A stretch of 64,000 nt of DNA from Erysipelotrichaceae bacterium (GTDB lineage Bacteria; Bacillota_I; Bacilli_A; Erysipelotrichales; Erysipelotrichaceae): contig JAAYSZ010000033.1 in NCBI GenBank assembly GCA_012523895.1, positions 59,389 to 123,388 on the forward strand, read 5' to 3'. The notes under the pieces were generated by a model. It saw only the letters and a list, made by a program, of their open reading frames with translations. It was not told the DNA's origin and did no database searches. Below are positions 1-9,443 of this stretch, piece after piece (position 1 is the stretch's first letter; every line of letters starts with the position of its first letter). A program made the position numbers and the translations under genes.

Positions 1-81
1 TTCAGCTGGTTTAGTTCCTGAACAACCAACTAAAAGAAAAACAGCCAATAAAACAGCTAATACTCTACGTACTATTCTCAT
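1..81 (-). CDS. lipoprotein, N-terminal fragment (gene continues off the left edge)
   Basis: The reverse complement reads ATG AGA ATA GTA..., giving MRIVRRVLAVLLAVFLLVGCSGTKPAE. This is a signal peptide with an LVGC lipobox. A GGAGGGGG RBS lies at 87-95. Confidence 0.5.
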   Translation of the reverse strand, partial: MRIVRRVLAVLLAVFLLVGCSGTKPAE

Positions 82-180
82 AGTTTTCCCCCTCCTTTTT
101 ATTGGGCAATATAAATATAACATATATTTAGGAAAATTTTCACAAATATTTCACAAAAACAAAAAAAAGGCCTAAATATA

Positions 181-219
181 TAAAAAGTAGGTTTATTTCA
201 TGTTATATAACAACCTACT
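181..219 (-). terminator. candidate rho-independent terminator downstream of the RelE-like gene
   Basis: AGTAGGTT (186-193) pairs with AACCTACT (212-219) around a large 18-nt loop. On the minus strand the hairpin is followed by TTTTTATATATTT. Confidence 0.4.
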
Positions 220-302
220 AGAATTTTATAATATTAATAAATAATTAATTAGTAGAATACATTACTTCAATAAAACGTAAAGCTTCTTCTATATTCATAT
301 TT

Positions 303-575
303 TTATTTATACACTTCTTTTTTATGTCCTACGTTTAATACCAAAACTATAACTTTGTAATCCTCTATTCTACAAAGAATTCTATAATTCCCGATTCTGT
401 ATCTCCATTGATTTTTTAAGTTACCTTTTAAAGGTTTACCTTTTTCCCGTGGATTTTCACAGCCCTCAATGTTTTTTAAAAGGTAAGCAATAATCATATT
501 TCTAATATTTTTATCAAGTTTTTTTAATTGTTGTTTTGATGTTAAAGTAAACTTTACTTTATACATTTTCTTCAT
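303..575 (-). CDS. type II toxin, RelE/ParE superfamily (RelE/StbE-like mRNA interferase)
   Basis: 90 aa. The C-terminal GKPLKGNLKNQWRYRIGNYRILCRIEDYKVIVLVLNVGHKKEVY is a typical RelE/StbE signature. The gene overlaps the upstream antitoxin gene. Confidence 0.8.
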   Translation of the reverse strand: MKKMYKVKFTLTSKQQLKKLDKNIRNMIIAYLLKNIEGCENPREKGKPLKGNLKNQWRYRIGNYRILCRIEDYKVIVLVLNVGHKKEVYK

Positions 576-792
576 CAGCTAATTCCTTTATGACTTCTTC
601 TAAAGAAAATGTAATTGGATTTTTTAGATATTCTTCAGAAGCATTTTCATATGTTTTTAAATCTAGCTCATCTTCAATTTTCTCAATAGCTGAATCTCTT
701 AAAAGTTGAGAAATAGATATATTATTTAATTTTGCATAGTTTTTTAAAAGTAACTCATCTTCTTTACTAACTCTCACACTTAATATGCTCAT
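559..792 (-). CDS. type II antitoxin, ribbon-helix-helix (RelB/CopG-like)
   Basis: MSILSVRVSKEDELLLKNYAKLNNISISQLLRDSAIEKI has the RHH pattern. I place the start at ATG 792, preceded by a GAGGTG RBS, rather than at the track start 825. The gene overlaps the toxin. Confidence 0.75.
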   Translation of the reverse strand: MSILSVRVSKEDELLLKNYAKLNNISISQLLRDSAIEKIEDELDLKTYENASEEYLKNPITFSLEEVIKELADEENV

Positions 793-804
793 TGATAACA
801 CCTC

Positions 805-824
805 TGTATTACAATTGTAATACA
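805..824. promoter_or_regulatory. 20-bp perfect palindrome, candidate operator for TA autoregulation
   Basis: TGTATTACAATTGTAATACA is perfectly self-complementary. It sits immediately upstream of the antitoxin RBS. Confidence 0.5.
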
Positions 825-1242
825 TTTGTTTTGGTGTTCAATATTTTTTGATTGACTCATTGTAGAACTTTTTAGTTGCAATTTGTTTCATAATTTTATT
901 ACCTTCCTATTAATATATTGTTATAAAATCTTTGTGTCCTAAACATATATTAGAGAGCATCTAAATTGATATATAATAATATTGTAATATACTGAAATTG
1001 GAAGAAATATGCTAACAATTTAAAAAAGTATTTCTAATTCCATTCAACTTTATATAGTTAAGAAGTAATGTGAACTTAAATGTTGTATAGTTTCATTTTT
1101 CATTAATTATATATACTAATTAATCTAATATAAGGCATTATTTATGAAAATTAAAAGATGTTTTTAAGTGTTTTAAAACAAGATAATATTTTAAAATATG
1201 GAATTAGAAAAACAATTAATATTATATTTAAGGAGGAAATAG

Positions 1243-2949
1243 ATGAGTAAAAAAATAGTTGTAGTTGGTGGTGTTGCAGGAGGAGCAACTGCAGTTGCCA
1301 GATTAAGAAGGTTAGATGAAAATGCTCAAATTATATTATTTGAAAAAGGAGAATATGTTTCTTTTGCTAATTGTGGGTTGCCTTATTATATAGGTAGAGT
1401 AATTGAAGAAAGGGATTCATTATTTGTTTCAGACATAGCTTCAATTAAATCAAAATATAATATTGATATCAGAAACTTTTCTGAGGTAGTAAAGATAGAT
1501 AGAGAAAATAAAAATGTTTTAGTGAGACAAAAAGATGGAAAAGAATATAATGAATCTTATGATGTTTTACTGTTATCAACTGGATCTACTCCATTTGTGC
1601 CTAATATGGAAGGTACGGATAATGAAAATGTATTTACATTATGGACTGTACCTGATACTGATAAAATTCATAATTTTATTCAAAAAAATAATCCAAAACA
1701 TGCTGTTGTTGCAGGTGGAGGATTTATTGGTCTAGAAATGGCTGAAAACTTATATGAATTAGGTATTAAGGTAACTTTAGTAGAATTTGCAAATCAAGTT
1801 ATGCCTCCATTAGATAAAGACATGGCAAAACTTGTGGAAAATCATATAGAAGAAAAAGGTATTAATTTAAAACTTAATTTAGGGGTTTCTAAGATTATTA
1901 ATGATGGGAAAACTGTAGTATTAACTGATGGAAGTATTATAGATACAGAAATGACACTACTTTCAATTGGTGTTAGACCTAATACTGGTTTTGTAAAAGA
2001 TGCTGGAATAGAGGTTAACCAAAGAGGCGGAGTAATTGTAGATGAATATATGCAGACAAATGATCCTAATATTTATGCAATAGGGGACATGATTGAAGTA
2101 GTTAATAAAGTGTCTAATTTAAAAACAATGATTCCTCTTGCAGGACCAGCAAATAAGCAAGGAAGAGCTGTTGCTGCTAATATATTAGGATTAAAGAGTG
2201 AAAAATATGAAGGAAGCATTGGTACAAGTGTTGCTAAGGTTTTTGATTTAACAGTCGCAAATACTGGTGAAAATGAAAAATCCTTACAAGCAAGAGGATT
2301 AATATATAATAAGGATTATTCTTATTCATTAATTCATCCTTTGTCTCATGTAAGCTATTATCCAGGATATACTCCTATGACTTTAAAATTACTATTTTCA
2401 CTTGAAGATGGGAAAGTTTTTGGAGCTCAAATTGTTGGATACAATGGTGTAGATAAGAGAATAGATACAATAGCTACTACAATTCACTTTAAAGGAAATG
2501 TGTATGATTTAACTAAATTAGAGCTTGCATATGCACCTCCTTATAATAGTGCTAAAGATCCAGTTAATATGGCTGGTTATGTGGCAACTAATATACTTGA
2601 AAAACTAACAGATGTAATTTCTTATGAAGACTATATTAAAAATAAAGATGATTATGTATTAATTGATGTTAGAGAGGTAATAGAGTTTAATGATGGAAAT
2701 ATTAAAAACGCTATTAATATTCCTTTGTCTACACTTAGAAGTAAATATAAAGAATTAGATAAATCAAAAAAATATGTAATTAATTGTGCAGTTGGAATTA
2801 GAGGTTATATTGCAGAAAGAATATTGAAACAAGCTGGATATGATGTTAAAAACATGATAGGTGGATATAAGACTTATCAAGGAATAAAATATAAAAAAGG
2901 TGCCAATCTTGTTGATGTAGATATTGAACAAGAAAAACTTCCAAATTAA
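1243..2949 (+). CDS. CoA-disulfide reductase / NAD(P)H persulfide reductase with C-terminal rhodanese domain (CoADR-RHD)
   Basis: GGVAGG FAD fold at the N-terminus, SFANCGLPYY redox Cys, second GGGFIGLE dinucleotide fold, and a C-terminal rhodanese loop CAVGIRG. AGGAGG RBS. Confidence 0.85.
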   Translation: MSKKIVVVGGVAGGATAVARLRRLDENAQIILFEKGEYVSFANCGLPYYIGRVIEERDSLFVSDIASIKSKYNIDIRNFSEVVKIDRENKNVLVRQKDGKEYNESYDVLLLSTGSTPFVPNMEGTDNENVFTLWTVPDTDKIHNFIQKNNPKHAVVAGGGFIGLEMAENLYELGIKVTLVEFANQVMPPLDKDMAKLVENHIEEKGINLKLNLGVSKIINDGKTVVLTDGSIIDTEMTLLSIGVRPNTGFVKDAGIEVNQRGGVIVDEYMQTNDPNIYAIGDMIEVVNKVSNLKTMIPLAGPANKQGRAVAANILGLKSEKYEGSIGTSVAKVFDLTVANTGENEKSLQARGLIYNKDYSYSLIHPLSHVSYYPGYTPMTLKLLFSLEDGKVFGAQIVGYNGVDKRIDTIATTIHFKGNVYDLTKLELAYAPPYNSAKDPVNMAGYVATNILEKLTDVISYEDYIKNKDDYVLIDVREVIEFNDGNIKNAINIPLSTLRSKYKELDKSKKYVINCAVGIRGYIAERILKQAGYDVKNMIGGYKTYQGIKYKKGANLVDVDIEQEKLPN

Positions 2950-3010
2950 AAAAATGTAAAAGTGTTCTGATGATGAAGAAAGATCTGAGTCAAAAGTCGC
3001 AAGATAATAC

Positions 3011-3047
3011 AAACTCCATGTAGATTCTTGCATGGAGTTTAATTTTT
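3011..3047 (+). terminator. rho-independent terminator
   Basis: AAACTCCATG (3011-3020) pairs with CATGGAGTTT (3031-3040), followed by AATTTTT. Confidence 0.7.
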
Positions 3048-3056
3048 AATAAAATT

Positions 3057-4088
3057 ATGAAAAATTTAGTAGATAAATTATATGAAAATAAAAATTTAGA
3101 TAGGGAAGAACTTTATGCTTTATTAAGCAATTTTAATGATGTAAAAGAATATCTTTTCAAAAAAGCTGATGAAGCAAGAAAGAGTGTTTATGGTAATGAT
3201 GTTTATATTAGAGGTTTAATCGAAATATCTAATTACTGTGAAAATGATTGTTTTTACTGTGGTATTAGAAAAAGTAATAATAAAGTATGTAGATACAGAT
3301 TAAATAAAGAAGAAATATATGAATGTGCTAAAAAAGGATATGAAATAGGATTTAGAACGTTTGTATTACAAGGTGGAGAAGATTTATATTTTGATGACGA
3401 TTTATTAGTTGAAATAATTGGTACTTTAAGAAAAACTTATCCAGATTGTGCAATTACTATTTCTTTAGGAGAAAGAAGTAAAGAAAGTTATTTAAAATTA
3501 TTTGAAGCAGGAGCTAATAGATATTTATTAAGACATGAAAGTATAAATAAGCATCATTATTCAAAGTTACATCCAAAAAATTTAACTATTGATAATAGAG
3601 TAAGGTGTTTACAAGATTTAAAAGAAATAGGTTTTCAAACAGGTGCTGGAATGATGATTGGTTCACCATTTCAAACACTTGAAAACATTGTAGATGATTT
3701 AATGTTTTTAAAAGAACACAATTTTGAAATGGTTGGAATTGGTCCTTTTATTTCACATAAAGATACTCCTTTTAAAGATATGCCTAATGGCGATGTTGAA
3801 TTAACTCTTGTTGTATTAGCTATTGTTAGGTTATTATTGCCAAATGTATTATTACCTTCTACTACTGCACTTAATACTATTAATGGTAGAAACATGGGTA
3901 TTAAGGTAGGTTGTAATGTAATAATGCCTAATTTATCTCCTAATAATGTTAGAGATAAATATATGTTATATGACAATAAAATAAGTTCTAATCTTGAAGC
4001 TGGAGAAAATTTAAAATCACTACAAAATGAACTTAATTTAATAGGATATAACATTGTGATTGATAGAGGAGATTATAAAAACAATTAG
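3057..4088 (+). CDS. hydE: [FeFe]-hydrogenase H-cluster radical-SAM maturase HydE
   Basis: CENDCFYC (CX3CX2C) in a biotin-synthase-like scaffold of 343 aa, immediately followed by hydF. Confidence 0.85.
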   Translation: MKNLVDKLYENKNLDREELYALLSNFNDVKEYLFKKADEARKSVYGNDVYIRGLIEISNYCENDCFYCGIRKSNNKVCRYRLNKEEIYECAKKGYEIGFRTFVLQGGEDLYFDDDLLVEIIGTLRKTYPDCAITISLGERSKESYLKLFEAGANRYLLRHESINKHHYSKLHPKNLTIDNRVRCLQDLKEIGFQTGAGMMIGSPFQTLENIVDDLMFLKEHNFEMVGIGPFISHKDTPFKDMPNGDVELTLVVLAIVRLLLPNVLLPSTTALNTINGRNMGIKVGCNVIMPNLSPNNVRDKYMLYDNKISSNLEAGENLKSLQNELNLIGYNIVIDRGDYKNN

Positions 4089-4108
4089 TAATAGAAAGAG
4101 GAATTTAT

Positions 4109-5266
4109 ATGAGTACACCTAGATCAAATAGAATCCATATCGCATTTTTTGGAAGAAGAAACGTTGGCAAATCAAGCTTAGTTAATGCGATTACCAATCA
4201 AGAAATTTCAATAGTTTCTAGTATTAAAGGAACTACTACAGACCCTGTATACAAAGCCATGGAATTATTACCATTAGGTCCAGTAGTAATTATTGATACT
4301 CCTGGTATTGATGATGAGGGAACTCTTGGAGAGCTAAGAGTTAGAAGAACTAAACAGATATTAAATAAGAGTGATATTGCAATACTTGTAATTGATGAAA
4401 ATGGTATTGTAGAAATTGATCAAGAATTAATTGATTTATTTGACAAGAAAGAAATTCCATATTTAGTTGTAAACAATAAATCAGACATTAAGATTGTTGA
4501 TAATGCAAATATTAGTGTTAGTAGTATTACTAAAGAAGGAATTGAAGAGTTAAAAGAAAAAATTGCTAGATTAGTTAAGTTTGAAGATAAACAGCTTATT
4601 GGTGATTTATTAACTAGCGATGATATGGTTATTTTAGTTACTCCTATTGATGATAGTGCACCTAAAGGAAGATTAATTCTTCCTCAAGTACAAACAATAA
4701 GAGATATATTAGATACAAATGCAACAAGCATTGTAATTAAAGAAGATAAGATAAAAGAAACATTAGCTAAATTAAAAGAGAAACCTAAACTTGTAATTAC
4801 TGATAGTCAAGTATTTAATAAGGTTTCTAAGGATGTTCCTGAAGATATCTTTCTTACATCTTTTTCTATTTTAATGGCAAGATATAAAGGATTTTTAAAA
4901 ACTGCAGTACAAGGTGTTAGAAGTATTGAAAATTTAAAAGATGGGGATATTGTTTTAATTAGTGAAGGATGTACTCATCATAAGCAATGCGATGATATAG
5001 GAACTGTTAAAATACCTAGATGGTTAAGAGAATACACAAAAAAAGACTTTGTGATAGAAACTGTTTCAGGTGGTGATTTTCCTGATGATTTATCAAGGTA
5101 TGCATTAATTATTCATTGTGGTGGCTGTATGTTAAATGAAAGAGAAGTAACATATAGAATGAAATGTGCTATTGATTTTGGTGTGCCTTTTACTAACTAT
5201 GGAATCATAATTGCATATATGAATAAAATACTTGATAGAAGCATTCAAATATTTGAAGATTTATGA
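4109..5266 (+). CDS. hydF: [FeFe]-hydrogenase maturation GTPase HydF
   Basis: G1 motif GRRNVGKSS, G3 motif DTPG, and C-terminal cluster ligands EGCTHH...HCGGC. Confidence 0.85.
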   Translation: MSTPRSNRIHIAFFGRRNVGKSSLVNAITNQEISIVSSIKGTTTDPVYKAMELLPLGPVVIIDTPGIDDEGTLGELRVRRTKQILNKSDIAILVIDENGIVEIDQELIDLFDKKEIPYLVVNNKSDIKIVDNANISVSSITKEGIEELKEKIARLVKFEDKQLIGDLLTSDDMVILVTPIDDSAPKGRLILPQVQTIRDILDTNATSIVIKEDKIKETLAKLKEKPKLVITDSQVFNKVSKDVPEDIFLTSFSILMARYKGFLKTAVQGVRSIENLKDGDIVLISEGCTHHKQCDDIGTVKIPRWLREYTKKDFVIETVSGGDFPDDLSRYALIIHCGGCMLNEREVTYRMKCAIDFGVPFTNYGIIIAYMNKILDRSIQIFEDL

Positions 5267-5293
5267 TAATAATATAAATAAGGAGATGATAAT

Positions 5294-5539
5294 ATGAGCG
5301 AAAATAGAATTGCAGTTGCTGCAGTAATCGTAGAGACAAAAGATTCAATTGATGAGCTAAATGCTGTATTACATGAATATGGAAATTATATTATTGGAAG
5401 AATGGGTATTCCAAATACTTCAAAAGGTGTTTCTGTAATTAGCATTGCACTAGATGCACCAAGTGATGAAATTAATGCACTTGTTGGAAAAATCGGAAAG
5501 ATTGATGGAATTAGTGCTAAGACAGTTTATTCAAACTAA
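5294..5539 (+). CDS. TM1266-family putative iron-only hydrogenase system regulator (ACT/NikR-C-like small protein)
   Basis: 81 aa, RIAVAAVIVE...ISIALDAP pattern, positioned directly after hydE-hydF. The family assignment is from memory. Confidence 0.6.
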   Translation: MSENRIAVAAVIVETKDSIDELNAVLHEYGNYIIGRMGIPNTSKGVSVISIALDAPSDEINALVGKIGKIDGISAKTVYSN

Positions 5540-5544
5540 GATTG

Positions 5545-5568
5545 ACTGATATTTATATATCAGTTTTT
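5545..5568 (+). terminator. rho-independent terminator
   Basis: ACTGATAT / ATATCAGT stem with a TTAT loop, then TTTT. Confidence 0.6.
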
Positions 5569-5596
5569 CTTTGCAAAATAGATTATAATAGATTAT

Positions 5597-7330
5597 ATGA
5601 AATCTTATTCTAAATTTAGTGAAAAATTTAATAGAGAGAAACCACTTCAAAAATATCCTAGACCAAATCTAGTTCGTGATAGTTATACAAATTTAAATGG
5701 TATTTGGAAATATCAAATTGTAAAAAATAATGTTGGATTTAATGAAAACTGGAAGGATATTGTGGTTCCTTTTGGTGTGGGTTCTTTACTTAGTGAAGTG
5801 TTAGATGTACTTAAACCAGATGAAGATTTATGGTATAGAAAAACCTTTAAATATAAAAAAGTAAAAGAAAAAACAATATTACATTTTGAAGCAGTTGATC
5901 AAGTTTGTTGGATATATTTAAATGGTGAGTTTATAGGTAAAAATGAAGGGGGATATAATCCTTTTAGTTTTGATGTTAGTAACTATATTAAAGAAGATAA
6001 TGAATTGTTAGTTAAGGTAAATGATTATAGTGAAACTGGTATTTATGCCTATGGTAAACAAAGATTAGATAATAAAGAAATTTGGTATAAACCTATTGCG
6101 GGTATTTGGCAAACGGTTTGGTTAGAAGATGTTAATAAGGGATATATTAAAGAATTATTTATTACTCCTATTTTTGATGAGAAAAAAGTTATTTTTTCTT
6201 TAATTGGAGATTATAATCAAGCTATTATTACTATTTTTGAAAATAAAAAAGAAGTTGTAAGGACAATTACTAGTGAAGATAGTTTTGAATTTGAATTTGA
6301 AGAGTTTATTGAGTGGAATATAGATGAACCTTTTCTATATGATGTAACAATTGAAACTGAAGATGATTTTGTGAAGTCTTATTTTGGGATGAGAAAGATA
6401 TCTAAAGAAAAAGATAAAAAAGGTCATATGAGGGTTTATCTAAATAATAAGCCAGTATTTGTTAGTGGGATATTAGACCAAGGCTATATCAGTGATGGAA
6501 TATATACATTTCCTAATGAAGAAAGTATGTTATATGATATAGCAATCGCAAAGGAATTTGGTTTTAATATGATTAGAAAACATATTAAACAAGAAAATAG
6601 AAGATGGTATTACTTGTGTGATATTATGGGTATGCTTGTTTATCAAGATATGCCTAGCGGTGGAAAACCTGTTAATTTAATTAGTTTTAATCAAGCTGCA
6701 GGAACCTTAGATATTAAATTAAAAGATAATAACTATAAAAGATTTGGAAGAGAAAAAGAAGAATCAAGAAATATGTATTATCAAGAACTTAATAATATGA
6801 TTCTTACTTTATATAATCATCCTTGTATTGTTACATGGATTCCATTTAATGAAGGATGGGGTCAATTTGATGCAAAACAAGTAGTTAGCTTTATAAAGAA
6901 AATTGATTCTACTAGATTGATTAGTCATGTCAGTGGATGGTTTGATCAAGGTGTTTCTGATTATGATAGTAGACATGTTTATTTTAGAAAGTATAAACAT
7001 AGGAAAGATAAACATAATAGAATTAGTTTTTTAAGTGAGTTTGGTGGATATAGTTATTTAGTTAAAAGACATTTTTTTGGTAAAAACACTTATGGTTATA
7101 AGATGTTTAATTCAAAAAAAGAATTAGAAAATTCCATTATTAGATTATATAGGTATGAAATATTACCTAGTGTATCCATGGGATTAAGTGGCTGTGTTTA
7201 TACACAACTTAGTGATGTTGAAGATGAGTGTAATGGGTTAGTTACTTATGATAGAAAAGTATTGAAAATTAATCCAAGAAGGCTTAAGGCTATTAACTTA
7301 AGAATAAGGAAGGTTATAAAAGATGAATGA
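5597..7330 (+). CDS. glycoside hydrolase family 2 protein (beta-galactosidase/beta-glucuronidase-like)
   Basis: YPRP start motif, sugar-binding domain WYRKTF...FEAVDQVCWIYLNG, and a TIM-barrel region with IRKHIK and WIPFNEGWGQ. No signal peptide. Confidence 0.7.
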   Translation: MKSYSKFSEKFNREKPLQKYPRPNLVRDSYTNLNGIWKYQIVKNNVGFNENWKDIVVPFGVGSLLSEVLDVLKPDEDLWYRKTFKYKKVKEKTILHFEAVDQVCWIYLNGEFIGKNEGGYNPFSFDVSNYIKEDNELLVKVNDYSETGIYAYGKQRLDNKEIWYKPIAGIWQTVWLEDVNKGYIKELFITPIFDEKKVIFSLIGDYNQAIITIFENKKEVVRTITSEDSFEFEFEEFIEWNIDEPFLYDVTIETEDDFVKSYFGMRKISKEKDKKGHMRVYLNNKPVFVSGILDQGYISDGIYTFPNEESMLYDIAIAKEFGFNMIRKHIKQENRRWYYLCDIMGMLVYQDMPSGGKPVNLISFNQAAGTLDIKLKDNNYKRFGREKEESRNMYYQELNNMILTLYNHPCIVTWIPFNEGWGQFDAKQVVSFIKKIDSTRLISHVSGWFDQGVSDYDSRHVYFRKYKHRKDKHNRISFLSEFGGYSYLVKRHFFGKNTYGYKMFNSKKELENSIIRLYRYEILPSVSMGLSGCVYTQLSDVEDECNGLVTYDRKVLKINPRRLKAINLRIRKVIKDE

Positions 7331-8201
7331 AGTTTTGATTGGGACTGCCTTAGATGATAAGGTTAGAATATATTGTTTAAATTCTACTAATTTAGTTGAA
7401 AAAACAAGATTGTTACATGATTTATGGCCTACAGCAAGTGCTGCTTTAGGTAGAGTTGAATCAGTAGTTGCAATTATGGCATCGCTTCTTAAAGGTGATG
7501 ATGAAAAGATTGTTGTATCTATCAATGGTGGAGGACCTATTGGCACAATATTGGTAGAAGCTAAAGGAAATGGAGATATTAGAGGTTTTGTGTCTAATAA
7601 TGAAGTTTATTTAAAATATGATAATTCTGATAAATTGGCTGTTGGTTTAGCGGTAGGGACTGATGGCTATTTAAGTGTTTCTAGAAATATGGGATTAAAA
7701 GAATCATTTACTAGTAAGGTTAAACTTCAAACAGGCGAAATTGGTGATGATTTTGCATATTATTTTGCGGTGAGTGAACAAACATTATCAGTTGTTTCTG
7801 TTGGTGTTTTAGTAGATGTGGATTATAGTATTAAAGCTGCTGGTGGTTTATTAATACAGTTATTACCTAATCATACTGAGGAAACAATTGTACAAGTTGA
7901 AGAGTTATTGAAAAGACTTAAACCTATTTCTTCATTAATTGATGAAGGATATTCTAGTGAAGAAATTATGAATGACTTATTTGATGATGTTAAGATTTTA
8001 GGTAAAAAAGAAATTAGATGGAATTGTGATTGTAGTAAGGAAAGATTTAGAGCTGCTTTAGCTACTTTAGATGTAAGTGATTTAAAAGAAATGATAAAAG
8101 AAGATCATGGTGCTCATATAAAATGTGAATTTTGTAATAGTGAATATGAGTTTAATGAGGATGATTTAAAAAATATAGTGGAGTTTAAAAGTGGATTTTA
8201 A
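7323..8201 (+). CDS. hslO: redox-regulated chaperone Hsp33
   Basis: Hsp33 fold pattern and the C-terminal zinc centre CDCSKERF...CEFCNSEY. Confidence 0.9.
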   Translation: MNEVLIGTALDDKVRIYCLNSTNLVEKTRLLHDLWPTASAALGRVESVVAIMASLLKGDDEKIVVSINGGGPIGTILVEAKGNGDIRGFVSNNEVYLKYDNSDKLAVGLAVGTDGYLSVSRNMGLKESFTSKVKLQTGEIGDDFAYYFAVSEQTLSVVSVGVLVDVDYSIKAAGGLLIQLLPNHTEETIVQVEELLKRLKPISSLIDEGYSSEEIMNDLFDDVKILGKKEIRWNCDCSKERFRAALATLDVSDLKEMIKEDHGAHIKCEFCNSEYEFNEDDLKNIVEFKSGF

Positions 8202-8230
8202 TAATTATTAATTTATTAATTTAAAGTTAA

Positions 8231-8268
8231 AAAGAAGAGTAGATTTTATTACAGTCTACTCTTCTTTT
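8231..8268. terminator. bidirectional terminator between hslO (+) and the ABC operon (-)
   Basis: AAAGAAGAGTAGA (8231-8243) pairs with TCTACTCTTCTTT (8255-8267). The hairpin is flanked by A-rich sequence on one side and T-rich sequence on the other. Confidence 0.7.
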
Positions 8269-8279
8269 GTTATTTTTAT

Positions 8280-9392
8280 CTAAGGTAAAGCTTTTTCGAT
8301 AAGGTTGTCGTACATTTCATCTGTTAGAGTGCAATCGTAGAAGAGTTTATAATACTCTTTAACTTCAGTTTTTAAATCGTATTCAGTGTATTCAGGGTAA
8401 AGCAATTCGCCTAACCATAGAAGTCCTAGATATCTTTGAACAGATGGTGGTGAAGATAACCAGCCATAAGGACCGTAAGGTGTTTGGTAGTAATTTTTAT
8501 TATTTATAGCTGTAACACCACTCCATGAAGATTCAGAATCTACAGTGTCATAGATACTTTCAGGGCTAAATACTATTACTTCAGGATCCCAATTCATTAT
8601 TTGTTCAATATCAACTTCATTTCCTCCTCCAGAAGATACAACATCTTCAATTACGGCTAAGTTATTTGACATAAAGTTGATTGTTTCAGCATGGAAAGAG
8701 CCTTCAGCGATAACATTGATACCAGCATCTCCTAGACAGTAAAGTAATGATTTTCTATTTCCATCAGCATCTACTTTTTCCATCATATCTGAAATCATTT
8801 TATATGTGTCTTCACACCATACTGCAAGTTCCTCCGATTTTTCAGTTTTTCCAGTTAGCTCACCTAATTTTCTGTATGCTTCTGGAGCAGTAGCAACTGT
8901 TGCATCAATATGTACAAAAGGTATTCCAGTTTGTTCGCTAAGTGCATCCATATCTTCTACTATGGATTTTTTAGCTTCACCTACATCAATTACAACATCA
9001 GGGGCAGCAGCTAGTAATGCTTCTAAATCCATTTCACCCTTACCACCATAGAGTTGACCTAGTTTTGGTAAATTAAGATATTCTTCAGGAATATACAGTG
9101 AAGCATCTTCTGAAAAATCACTTGCAAATCCGACCATCATTTCTGGACAAAGTGGTAAAACATATAATTGAGTAAGTGGTCCAGAGACAGCTATTTTGGT
9201 TATTTCTGCAGGAATTGTTACAGTACGTCCTGTAGAATCTGTGAATTCTCTGGTTGTGTTTGAAACATCTTCGATTTGTTCTTCTTCATTGCTTGAATTA
9301 CTTACTTGTTCAGAGGGTTTTGAACAAGCTGTAAGAATAAGAGAAAAACAAAGAATAAGTATGAATGGCAGAAATCTCTTTATTTTTTTCAT
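8280..9392 (-). CDS. ABC transporter substrate-binding lipoprotein, class III (siderophore/heme/cobalamin FecB/BtuF type)
   Basis: Lipobox LTAC. The periplasmic-binding-protein-2 pattern is present (ITKIAVSGP, PDVVIDVGE, DPEVIVF). I place the start at ATG 9392 behind an AAAGGTGG RBS, because the track GTG at 9404 lies inside the RBS. Confidence 0.8.
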   Translation of the reverse strand: MKKIKRFLPFILILCFSLILTACSKPSEQVSNSSNEEEQIEDVSNTTREFTDSTGRTVTIPAEITKIAVSGPLTQLYVLPLCPEMMVGFASDFSEDASLYIPEEYLNLPKLGQLYGGKGEMDLEALLAAAPDVVIDVGEAKKSIVEDMDALSEQTGIPFVHIDATVATAPEAYRKLGELTGKTEKSEELAVWCEDTYKMISDMMEKVDADGNRKSLLYCLGDAGINVIAEGSFHAETINFMSNNLAVIEDVVSSGGGNEVDIEQIMNWDPEVIVFSPESIYDTVDSESSWSGVTAINNKNYYQTPYGPYGWLSSPPSVQRYLGLLWLGELLYPEYTEYDLKTEVKEYYKLFYDCTLTDEMYDNLIEKALP

Positions 9393-9443
9393 TATTATTG
9401 CCACCTTTCTATTAAAATTTATAGATTATAAGCAGTGATTTTT

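Noticed and set aside
845-898. A 17-codon minus-strand mini-ORF (MKQIATKKFYNESIKKY) with a GGAAGGT RBS, upstream of the RelBE-type operon.
   Set aside because: It is too short, and conservation cannot be tested here. It may be a remnant of a decayed gene or a chance ORF, and I do not report it as a feature.
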